DNA of 49,928 bases from the NCBI GenBank assembly GCA_003990765.1, contig RBNJ01000029.1:1-49928 (forward strand). The letters are read 5' to 3'. Of this stretch, positions 1-10,859 are shown one piece after another. Origin of the DNA: Jimgerdemannia flammicorona. Its lineage: Eukaryota. Numbering within the stretch: the first letter of the stretch is position 1; each line of letters starts with the position of its first letter. The position numbers and the translations under genes are program-made. The notes below the pieces were generated by a model, which was not told the origin of the DNA, did no database searches, and saw nothing but the letters and a program-made list of their open reading frames with translations.

Positions 1-2780
1 TACAGTCCACCAGCTTCCGGTGCCTCCCCCCTCCCTCTCCCCACCCTCGCCACCAACCATTCAAAGTGTCCAGCATTAACCATTCCCAGCGCACTACCCT
101 CGCCTCCATGGTAACCACCTGGCCCACCTCAAAGACTTGTAACCAATGACTGGCCATCCCAACCCAGATTGTCAGAGCCCAACCCAGGGTCAACCACTCA
201 TCCCCAACCCCCCCCACTAACCTCCGCCGAAGGTTTCCCCATCTCCCTCCCTCCCCCTCCAGCAGAGGCTATAACCCCAACCTACTAGCAATAATGTCCC
301 AAAAGTCCCCCATTACTTCACACTCCCCAAGCCAATGTTCAGGCATCTGCATCACTCCCCCCTCCTGGCTCATGTACAAGCATTCCTCACACTCAAACAC
401 GCCATTAGGCACTAAGTGCCCTGACCGATAGTTCAGCATCACATTCCGCCTTAAGAATCTCCACCATATCACCCAGAACTTGGGGGGAAGCCACCATGAC
501 ACCTGCTTGCTCCAAAGCCAGGCCCCATTCCAATCCCACTCCTCTCCAATCCCAGCTCGCTGCCAAGCCTCAGGCCATGCATCCCCCCCAAGACCCATCA
601 GACATTCCATACCATCACCAAGCTAATAATTCTCTACCAAAGTACCACCCAACAGCAGCCGGTCCCATCTCCACATCTGTGGTCCCCATTCCTCCTCCCC
701 CTCATCACCCCTCCATCGAAGTCCAATTCGCCTTGTACTGTCCACCACTCTCCACCAAAAACCCTTGTAGCACATCCTTCGACTACCATCCAAAGCCACC
801 AGCGCCAACAGATCACCAGTCATGCCATGAGGGGAGTACTGAACCTCCCACACCCTCTGCATAAGCAGCACCCATTCCCTTCCATGCAGCTCACTAGCCC
901 TCTCCAGCCACCAAGCTCTCAGACAGTGTAGACACTTGGCCAAGTCCACCAAGCCCAGCCCACTCCTGTCAACAGGTAGGGACAGAACCTCCCAACCAAT
1001 TTGGCTTCGCCGTCCTGCCCAAATCCACGAACTTGCCATTTTTAGAAGCTGCTTGACCACCCATGCAGGGAAGTCCAGATGATACCCCATATACCACAGT
1101 TTCGGCAGCCAATGCACATTCAGCACTGTCACCCTTCCTGCCAAGGATATATGCCAACCACCCCACCATAAGAGAACATTCCCCCATGCCAGGAGCTGCT
1201 GTTCCCACCATGCATGCGGCAGGAGAGACCCATACACCAAGAAATATATCCCCAAGTACCAGACCGGTTCTCCAGCAGGGACCACCGTCCCAATCACTTC
1301 GCCGCCAACTATTCCCCCTCCTAGTATCATAGTTTCACATTTGTGCCAGTTGAGCCATGCACCTGAGCCCCTCTCATACCATTCCATAGTCCTCCGCAAT
1401 TCCTCTACATCAGCAAATGAACCCAGACCAACCACCATATCATCCACAAAGGCTCCAACCTTCCAGTTAATCCCCAAAATGTCCAAACCCCCAATTCAGC
1501 ACCAGATCCTATCTAGGAGGGGCTCCAAGGACAGGGCATATAGGATGGGTGACAGAGGATCCCCTTGTGGCACCCTGCGACCTAGCGGGAAATTCATTCC
1601 CCTGTGACCGTTCACCACCAAGGCTGCTTAACTGTTCTCCAATAGGCTGATTAAAGACCTCCGAAAAGCCAATGGAATTCCTATATGCCTCAGTACTCTT
1701 TCCAGCCAGACTCTCCTCACTTTGTCATACGCCTTCTCCTGGTCCAGAAATACCAACTGGCCATCAACCCCAGCTGCCCAAGCCCCTTCGATCACCCCAT
1801 GGACCCAAGCAGTTCTATCTCGGATCAACCGACCCCCAACAAACCCTCGCTGCTCCACTCCCAATACATGCTGAGCGATCCCCTGTAGTCTATTCACCAA
1901 GATCTTCATCACCAACTTGTGGTCTATGTCGAGGAGCATGATCAGTCACCAATTCTTCCAATCCTCTCTTCTCCCCTTATCCTTAAAGAGCAGGGAGACC
2001 AGTCCTAGGTGCTGACCCCCAATCCAAGCACCAGATTGAATAACTTCATCACACATTGCAGTCATCTCCTCCAAGGCCCCTTCCACCTTAACCATCCTCT
2101 TCCAAAAATCCCAGGGGAGTCCATCCTCTCCTGGAGCAGTCCCTTTACTTGTCGAGACCAGGACTTTACACACCTCCTCTCCTCGTATTGGGTCCCCTAG
2201 TGTCTCCAAACCCAGAGCTGGGTCAGGATGCCAGTCCTCCAACTGCTGGTCAATGTTCAGTGCATCCTCACCTCCCTCCTCCTTACTCCACAAAATCCCC
2301 AATGATTGCGCAACAATCCCAAAAATTCTGGCATACCCGTCACCATCTCCCCATCCTCATCCAAGATACTATCCCACCACTGCCTGGTTCTCTGTGCTTG
2401 GAGCAGCTGGGATAGAAATTTAGTAGGTCGCTCCCCTTCCTCCAACCCCTGCCACCACAGCCTTGCCACCATTCCATTCATCTGGTTCTCTTCCTCCCTC
2501 TGTAGCACCTCCTTCAGCTTCTCGACTTCCTTCTTTATCTACAAAATTTGCCAATCCACTGCTCCTTCAACCTCTGTCCACTCTGCCCATTTCTCCAAGA
2601 GTGCCACCAATCTTTGGGATGCCCATTACACTCGCCTCCACCTTTGTGCACTCTTTCCTTTCCCTGCTTCCCTCCAGAACCTCTGAGCACTTGATTTCAG
2701 CCTCCGCCAGCGATCTCCAATTACCAATCCCTGCTCCTGCCATCTAATAATCTTCTCCGTAGCCTCCACCTCTTCTCTCT
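1..2780 (-). mobile_element. L1-clade LINE, partial ORF2 (RT plus C-terminal CCHC), disrupted; 3' end lies outside the window
   Basis: Minus-strand ORFs show RT motifs (KGTAPGEDGLP, LDQEKAYDKV, AFVDDM, YLGI, GLGLVD) and CEEC...EHWLGEC. Homologous to the 40106-45888 copy. Confidence 0.92.
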
Positions 2781-2901
2781 TTTATTATATATATTATTTA
2801 CAATTAGTTTTACTATTAACTAAGAAGAAGAATAACTAGATTGAGAGTAAGTGATGTAGTGTAAATGTTTGAGACTTTATATATAATATAATTGTAGTAA
2901 T
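2781..2901 (+). pseudogene. Left part of an old, heavily decayed LINE RT that was the target of copia-1
   Basis: Reads ..DFIYNIIVV, a decayed AFADDIIVV, and continues colinearly at 18919 after the copia 3' LTR. Confidence 0.55.
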
Positions 2902-3026
2902 TGTTGGAATAGCAACTCAATATATCAATATATGATTGGTAATTTCATCAATCTTATATTACCTATCAGTAATGTATGAAATATGTATCCTATACAAGTT
3001 CAATAAAAATGCCCCTCTTTTCAGCA
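2902..3026 (+). repeat. copia-1 5' LTR
   Basis: TGTTGG...CAGCA with an internal AATAAA; matches 18789-18913. Confidence 0.9.
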
Positions 3027-3028
3027 AA

Positions 3029-3040
3029 GGTTATGAGCTC
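3029..3040 (+). promoter_or_regulatory. copia-1 primer binding site of GGTTATGGGCCC type (internal tRNA-iMet fragment)
   Basis: ggttatgagctc lies 2 nt after the LTR; copia-2 has ggttataagctc at the same offset. Confidence 0.75.
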
Positions 3041-3133
3041 TGTTAGGACTAAGTATATATAGTAAAAAAATAATATTAAAATACATATACCTCATAAATA
3101 CATACTAAGTATCACTTTGTTCCAGACCATTTC

Positions 3134-3314
3134 AGAGTTGGTTTCTACCATCCTGAAAGTGTTGGTGTGCTTTATTTTGTCTTAAACATGGGTTTATCCA
3201 TGCGAATTTCCTTCTGTCTAAGATATATATATATGAGACATTTCATGTAAAACATGGTAATAAAAGAATGTCTCGACTCTCATAGAGTCCCTTTGCTATT
3301 TTGAAAGCTTGGCA
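3134..3314. repeat. DIRS-1 left inverted terminal repeat
   Basis: Reverse complement of 7686-7863. Confidence 0.9.
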
Positions 3315-3361
3315 GTTTACCTCTTCTTATAACCCATAGAATCTTTTCTTATTATATTACT

Positions 3362-4429
3362 ATGAGCAATAAATAACTTCTTCAACAACAATAGGCCACT
3401 CTGGCTGAGCGCACTGAGTTCCTTCACCAGATCACTGAGACTGTTGCGGTCAGCCTCTGCCCTCCTCTGCCAGATTCAGAGATCACAAACCAGTGCAACC
3501 AACAATGCCTCATTGATGCCCTTTTCCTTCAGTATTCCTGATGTTCCATCCCTACAGTCCTTGGACTCAATGGAAATCCTCATGGTATGGACCTCTGTGA
3601 TGATGCCAACAGTAGTGATGATGAATTCCTCACAGCAGCCAAGTCTCAGGCCATCAGGAGATATCATGTATCCCCTACATTCGCTGACACCATTCTACCA
3701 GAATGTGTCAAAGTATATCTCTCCTCTGCCAGTTTCAAGAAACTCCTCCATTGAAACCCCAAACCCAAACAGGGTGTTCTCTATACCCCCTCCATTGACA
3801 AAGCATTCATGGATGATTTCAGCAAATCTGCCAAAGAAGCAGACAAGGTTCTTGCTGACACCTAACAAGTGATCTACAACACCCTCTGGCCCATTGCCAT
3901 CACCCTCCAGGCCCTCGAACCTCACTCTGATGGAGCTGATCTCCACCACTATGAGCTGGTCTATGACACTGTCATTCCCCCTTTGGTGGAAAAACTGCAA
4001 GACTCTCTCCAGATCGGATTCCACAAAGCAGAACATATCCATATCTGCCACTGCATTGAACTTACCAAATCTGCAAGATGGTCACCTACCCTCATCTCTA
4101 CCTGCTACACAGTGGTTTCTGACTCCAAGTATAATGGCGACCTGTTAGGTATCAAATTTATCTGCTATTTTTACAATGATGCCAAACACTATAAGTATCT
4201 CCTCATAGTCAAGACAACATCCAAACTAAGAGGTAATCCAATCCTGTCCCATGGTCCTGATGATCACAGCCAGGAAAACGGGTCCCAGAGTGGCCACTGC
4301 CCCGACTACCAAAATTCTCAACAACAGAGCTCCCGGAACTACACTCTGAGTACATACAGCCAAGGAGGTTCCCAGTACCAAGCTCTGAATCTGGGCAACA
4401 GCACGTCAACACCTGCTGCTCAACTCTGA
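3362..4429 (+). pseudogene. DIRS gag-like ORF1 (frameshifted)
   Basis: ATG at 3362 follows the ITR; ORF pieces 3444-3872 and 3869-4429; colinear with the copy at 27095-28150. Confidence 0.65.
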
Positions 4430-4437
4430 AGGACCAA

Positions 4438-5960
4438 TTGATCTACCATACCTTTACTGCCAAGACCTTGAATGTCATCTCAAAGGTGGGGGCATGGTTA
4501 GCCCAGGTCCCTGAGACCATTTGGACAACCCTGGGCATCAACTGCTGGGTCATCAATACAGTCTATGGCAAGAACTGCATCAAATGGTTACAACCCCCAA
4601 CCCCTCTCTGGACTGAACCCAGGTTCTCCTATGAGAAGGACATGTCAGTGATGGAGAAGGCCCTGGTAGACACTGCTATCACTGAGTTCCAGGACAAGGA
4701 GGCCATCTATCCCACCCAGGATGGGGAGCTGCTCTTCTTCTCCAACATCTTCACAATCCCCCAGGTTGACAAGAACTAAGCCTGCCTCAATGTCCATCCA
4801 CTGAATGAGTTCATGAGGTGATTGCACTTCAAGATGGAAGGTATTCAGACCCTATGCCATATGGTCTGGCCTGGCAACCACCTTGTCAAGATCGATATAA
4901 AGGATGTCTACCTACACATTTCCTTACACCCAGCCAATCAACAGTTCCTCGCCTTTCAGTAAAGGAAGATCAACTAGAAATTCCATGCTATACCATTTGG
5001 CCTGTTGTCTACTCCATGCATCTGGACAAAGATGATGGCAGCTGTTCTGGAGCCTCTCTGAGCAAGAGGCATCTGGCTCACCTATTACATCAATGACATA
5101 TGTCTCCTGGCCTCTATGAGGAATGAAGTGCTCCAACATAGGAGGATCATTTGCAACTATCTGGAGATGTTGGGCTTTCTTCTACATCCAATGAAATGCA
5201 TATGGGAACCTATGCAGCAACAGATGTTCCTGAGGTTCCTGGTCAATACCATCAATATGGAACTCCACTTACCCAAGGACAAGGTATGCAAGATCTGTAA
5301 GGAAACTGCATCCCTCCTCCACCTACCAACCACGATCCCCATATGCAAGGTGGTGTCGCTAGTTGGTCTTTGCAATACTATAGCACAGGCGATCTTTCCG
5401 GCCTGGTTTCAAGTATGGTCACTCATTCGGGACATCCAGGACTCCCTTAATGCCAACAACCATAACTGGAATGGTCTCATATTCATCTCTCTAACATCTC
5501 AGGAGGACCTCTATTAGTGGTCCCTCGAGCTCTCCAGCTAGAATGGCTGGTCTCTACTTACCAAACACCCCAAGGTCACAATCGATACAGATGCCAGCGA
5601 CCTAGGTTGGAGCTTCAAAATCACTACTTCCATGTCCACCAACCAAGTGACACAGCAAGTGACAGGTACTTGGACCCCTGTGGAATGATACTGCTCCATT
5701 AACTACCACAAACTCAAGACAGTCCTGTTTGTACTCCAGATCAATAACCACCATTGGGAGGGCCACATGGTCCTCATTCAGACAGACAACATGACCATGA
5801 GGGCTTTCATCAACAAGCAAGGGGGCTCTCTCCTCTATCTGAAAGAGATCACTGCCAAGATATACTATATCTGCATGATGAGGAGGATACACCTCTTCAC
5901 CAAATTCATCCCTGGGATCGAAAACATGCGTGCTGATTTTTGGAGCTACATCTGCCCCAG
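4438..5960 (+). pseudogene. DIRS reverse transcriptase / RNase H
   Basis: FFSNIFTIP, HFKMEG, KIDIKDVYLH, IPFGL, YYINDI (decayed YIDD), LGFLLHPMKC, IDTDASDLGW, IQTDNMT, FIPGIENMRADF. Confidence 0.9.
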
Positions 5961-6300
5961 TCTGGATGAATGGCAACTTAACCCGATGATATTCCATCAT
6001 CTTCTCTATTGGGGTCCCATATACCTGGACCTCTTCACATCATGAACAATGACTCAGACCCCCCTCTTCTACAGCTGGCAGACAGACCCCGAGGCCCTGG
6101 GCACTGATGCTTTCCAACATCAATGGCTGATCTCTAGTGTTTATGTAAACCCACCATGGATCCTCCTCAACCGCACACTGTATAAGATCAGGGAGAACAG
6201 GTGTGCTCACCTAGGCCTCATCATACTGTTTTGGTAATAACAGAGCTGGTGGCCCAAACTCCTGGAAATTGTGACTGCTCCCCCCATTCTCCTTCCTTAT
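5961..6300 (+). pseudogene. DIRS N6-adenine methyltransferase-like (MT) domain
   Basis: W..IYLDLFTS (DLFAS-type), FYSWQTDPEALGTDAF..W and VYVNPPW motifs. Confidence 0.82.
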
Positions 6301-7349
6301 CATCTCCTGATGACAATGATGATGATGATGATGACACAGATGATGCACTGGGATGCCCTGGCATGGCGAATCAGCAGTGATCCCCTGATATTGCAGTGCT
6401 GGTACTGCAGGCTCACAAACTTATCTGGGCCAGCATATGGACATCCTCACACAAGAACTACAAGTTAGCATACCAACACTTTGTCTGTTGGTGCCATCAA
6501 TAACATTTCGATCCCTTATGAGCTTCTATCAAGCAAAGTACTAACTGCTTAGCTCAGCTTTTCAAGGAAGGGATGAGCATGCATCAGCTTCAGAGCATCT
6601 GTACTGCCATTGACCAGTGGACCCCCATGATAAACAGTATTCATTTCTCCAACCTTCTGACCATCTCCTGTCTGATCCAGAGTACTGCAAATCTTTGACC
6701 CTCTCCCTCAAAATACAAGGCTGCCTGATAGGACATTACCACTCTTATTCAGTGGCTAGCTTCCCTGGGCCCCTATGACTCCATCCAGTGACATATACTC
6801 TATAGTAAGAAAACACACACTCTTCCCACTCTATACACCTCCTGGCAGGTGGCAAGCAATTTTGTGAAATGTCAGACAACCATCAGTTTTCATGGTGGCG
6901 TTGGCGATTGGCCTGCCAAAATGGTCCTGACTACTGATATGACAAAGGAATGTACCCCCGATATTACCACCAAGATCTCCCATCCCATTCCAGCCCTCTT
7001 AGAGGATAAGAATATATACCCTGTATACTGAGTTTTCCACTGGGCATGTGAGATGGATCCCCTCTACCCATGGACAAATGGTGACTGCCTGTTCATCAGT
7101 ATGTACTCTCTCCATCACAACCTTACACCTGACCATCTTTGAAATTGGTTTTCTGAATGTATAGTGGCCACAGGCATCAATCTAGTTCATCGCTCAGACT
7201 CCATTCGGGCTGAATCCTCCACCAAAGCCCTGGAAGGAGGTACACCCATTGACAAAGTCCTCGAGAGTGGTAATTGGAGTTCCAAAACTATGTTTGAACA
7301 TCACTATCATCTACTACACCAGACACCAGTCCTTTCACAATCCACTTAG
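6300..7349 (+). pseudogene. DIRS tyrosine recombinase
   Basis: N-terminal poly-Asp from a (GAT)n tract, S..KNY..F..WC, and C-terminal SDSIRAESSTKA...GNWSSKTMFEHHY. Confidence 0.82.
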
Positions 7350-7447
7350 GCCACTTCCCTTGTTTACATGATCCTCAAATGCAAGAGTAAAGTCATGGCT
7401 GTTGGTGCACCCCTGGCCAGACACTCCACTCATATAGATCTGTAAAC

Positions 7448-7550
7448 AACCAACTCTGAAATGGTCCAGAATAAAGTGATGCTTAGTTCTAGATAGATGA
7501 GGTACTGTAGGTACTGAAGTCTGTCCCAGACTTTACAAGCTTTGGGAGGA
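7448..7550. repeat. DIRS internal complementary region (ICR)
   Basis: 7448-7487 is the reverse complement of left end 3104-3143; 7488-7550 is the reverse complement of right end 7870-7935. Confidence 0.92.
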
Positions 7551-7685
7551 CCATGAAGAGTTGGTTTCCCACCCATTTCTGATCCTTCTTTCATTTTTCT
7601 TTGGGTATATTTCATTTTCCTATTTTCAGCTATGCTTCACCAGCCAGTTTTTTCCTATATTTCCCTTTGGGTTTTCTGGCTCACA

Positions 7686-7863
7686 TGCCAAGCTTTCTAG
7701 GCTAAGGGACTCTGTGGGAGTCAAGATGTTCTTTTATTACCATGTTTTACATGAAATGTCTCATACATATATGTCTTAGACAGAAGGAAATTCGCATGGA
7801 TAAACCTATGTTTAAGACAAAATAAAGCATGTCAATGCTTTCAGGATGGCAGAAACCAACTCT
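7686..7863. repeat. DIRS-1 right inverted terminal repeat
   Basis: Reverse complement of 3134-3314, followed by a unique right extension to 7935. Confidence 0.9.
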
Positions 7864-7953
7864 TCACAATCCTCCCAAAGCTCATAAAGTCTGGGACAGA
7901 CTTCAGCACCTATGGTGCCTTGTCTATCTGAGACTATACAATATATGCTAGAA

Positions 7954-10854
7954 ATGTCAGACAGTCAATCTAGTAATGCAAGCAATTGGATATACCTATC
8001 ATAAGTATTCTAGCAATGAGAGCAGTTCTGTTATAAGCATAAATGCAGCCAAGACATCCATCCTAATCTTCAACAGAAAAGATTATATCATCTGGGTATT
8101 CCATATAATGAATCTCCTTGACAAATGTAGCCTAGTAGAGAATATGAAGCTACAAGTACAGATTCAAGACTATGACCCTATAAATGATTATAAAGCATTA
8201 TGTAAGATTATATTCACATTTTCAAACTCACAAATAAAGCTTGTAATGCATACAGACAGAGTCAATGAAGTATGGAAAGCCCTGTATAATCATTATGTAC
8301 AAGCATCTATATTGAATAGATTCCATCTGAAATCTCAGCTATTCAATCTTTGCATGAAGCCCAAAGAGAGCATCTATGAATATAACAGTTGAATTGATAA
8401 TTTAGTGAATTAAGTGAATTCCCTCAGCATGTCTATGAATTGTATTGGTAATGAAGATAAGGTTATAGCACTCACAAGGGGACTTCCAGATGTATATAAT
8501 ATTGTCATCATAGTTATATATGAGAGCAGCAGTCTTTCAGACTAAACCTATATAATAATGAGCCTTATGAATGAGAAAATGTATCAAGAAAATGATGCTG
8601 AAGAAAACAATAACAAAAGGGCATTCTATGGATTCTATGGATACAATACTAAATGAGGTCAAAAGTGCATTCAACAATAAGGCCAATAATCCCAAACTCA
8701 AAATCAACAATGTAATAGCCAATCAACTAAGTATGATAGCTACTGTGAATACTGCAGCAAGTATAGATATAGAAAATACCAATGTTATTGCTGAGAAAAT
8801 GAAAATAAGTATGGAAACTGGTATTGACAATATGGGAATGGTAGAAAGAACTATTGTAAAAGTGGCAGAAGTCAGTATAGCAATGCAAATACTGCTGCAA
8901 CAACTGATGAAAGTGGTAATCTATTTTTTATACAAGCTGCCAGTTCTACCAGTTCTACAGCCTCTATATCTATGATATCTGGTCAGAAGAATGACAATTT
9001 TGGACCAAAAAATTCTACCAAATCTACAATCAGTACCAGTTTTGCTAGCATAAGATCAATATCTATAAACAGTTCAACTGCCAAATTCACCAACTCATCA
9101 TCTATAAGTACTAGTTAGTGAAATACTTTTAGACTGATGAAAAGTAATGATGATGTCAGTACTGCCAGCAGTGTGGATAGAAAGACCACCAACCATATGC
9201 CTAACCCTATATCTACTGAATACACAGCAAATGCAGCCAATGACAATGATGTCTAATTAATGGATTCTGGAGCTATATATTACATGATACTATACAGAGA
9301 ATAGTTCCCCACATATCAACTGTTTGAAGAGATAATAATGTTATCTATACTCAAGGAAAGAGAAATATCAACATACATCTCAACAGAAATATCATCAAGC
9401 CCACTGCTATTCTTATAGACATACTATAAGTTCTGAAGATAGAAAAGAACCTCTTCTCTATAGGCAAAATGATAACCTATAATAATAAAGAGATACATAT
9501 ATATTCAAAAGAAATAACAGTATATGATTCACATGATGATAAGAGATTAATGACAGCCTCAAAACATGGCAATCTTCATATAATCAATAGTATGCTGAGT
9601 AGTACAAAAGTCTTCACATATGTGACAACTATGCCTGATACATCTAATTTATAATATCAATGCTCAGGAAATATCAGCAAGATGAGCCTCAAATGGATGA
9701 TAAGGAGTGGATCCATCAGAGGATTACTGGTAGTATATGTATCTATATATCAGTTTCTGTGAGAATTGTATGGTAAATAAAGTATTCTGGTGACTATTCA
9801 AAGAATAATTAAAGTGCATATTTAGAATCCTCAACCTCATGCATACAGATATATGCAGACCAATATATACTCTATCACATTCTGGTAAGAGATACTTTCT
9901 CACATTCATTGACAATTATATATATAAGGTATATATATATCTTCTATTGGCAGAGAGCAAAGTCTTGGATAAATTCAAAGAATTCAAAGTGATTGTCAAA
10001 AATGAAACTAGATATAGAATATATACTATATGATCAGATAATGGATGCAAATATATCAATAATATATTCAAGTAATTCCCAATGAAACATGGTATAAGTC
10101 ATCAAACAATAGCTTCTTATATATCTCAGCAGAATGGTATAGCTGAGCAATTTAACCATATGGCTATAGAAATAGCATATATAATGATCAGTGCTACCAG
10201 ATTATCATATTCTTATTAGGCCAAAGCTATGAACACTATGGCATATATCTGCAATCAGTGTGTATCTTTATTGCTGAGTAAGAATTCTGGCAATAATGAG
10301 CATCTTGGAGATGATGATCTTGCTCCAAAGAATTATAAAGTGGATCTAAGCTAGTTATATCTCATATGCATATATATATTCAGATCCAATACATATATCC
10401 TTAATAAAAGTAATGCTACCCAGAATAAATTCAAACTTAAGATGAGCAAGCATATGATTCTTAGATATTCTGGCAATGTGTATCAGCTATAGGATCTATG
10501 CAAGCAGCATATAGTCATCTCTTGTAATGTTCAGTTCAGAGAAAAAGACTTGGAAATCTACATAGAAGTACCAGTCAAGACCTCTACATCTACATCTACA
10601 TTCTAGCTAGTATAAATACAGCAACCAATACAAATGTCATCCACCTCTCCAGCAGTCAATCAAAATTATTTTCAACTGCTATCTATACCTGAGCCTGAGC
10701 TAAGGATAATGGAGATCAAAGATGAAAACAGCAGTGAATCCTCCAATGACAAGAGATCCTCTACCTCTATAAAGAGTAAAAAGTATCCAAATATTTGGTA
10801 AGAAACTCATTTGAAATTGGGAAATTATTGAGATATGCCAATAAGCTCCCAATA
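7954..10854 (+). pseudogene. copia-1 gag-protease-integrase
   Basis: FNRKDYIIW, decayed zinc knuckle YCEYCSKYR near 8740, LMDSGA near 9258, HTDICRP/YFLTFIDNY, SDNG, QQNGIAE. Confidence 0.88.
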
Positions 10855-10859
10855 CAAGC

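Larger units (their letters stand above)
3104..7935 (+). mobile_element. DIRS1-type tyrosine-recombinase retrotransposon copy 1, structurally complete, ORFs disrupted
   Basis: Inverted terminal repeats, an ICR complementary to both termini, gag/RT/RH/MT/YR relics, and ACT at both junctions. Confidence 0.94.

Noticed and set aside
6308-6345. Poly-Met ORF from (GAT)n
   Set aside because: A microsatellite-like tract that is better read as poly-Asp in the YR frame.
8571-8975. 134-aa ORF (and the similar 21595-22035 ORF) as host genes
   Set aside because: Off-frame readings of copia gag; the zinc-knuckle relic lies in another frame.
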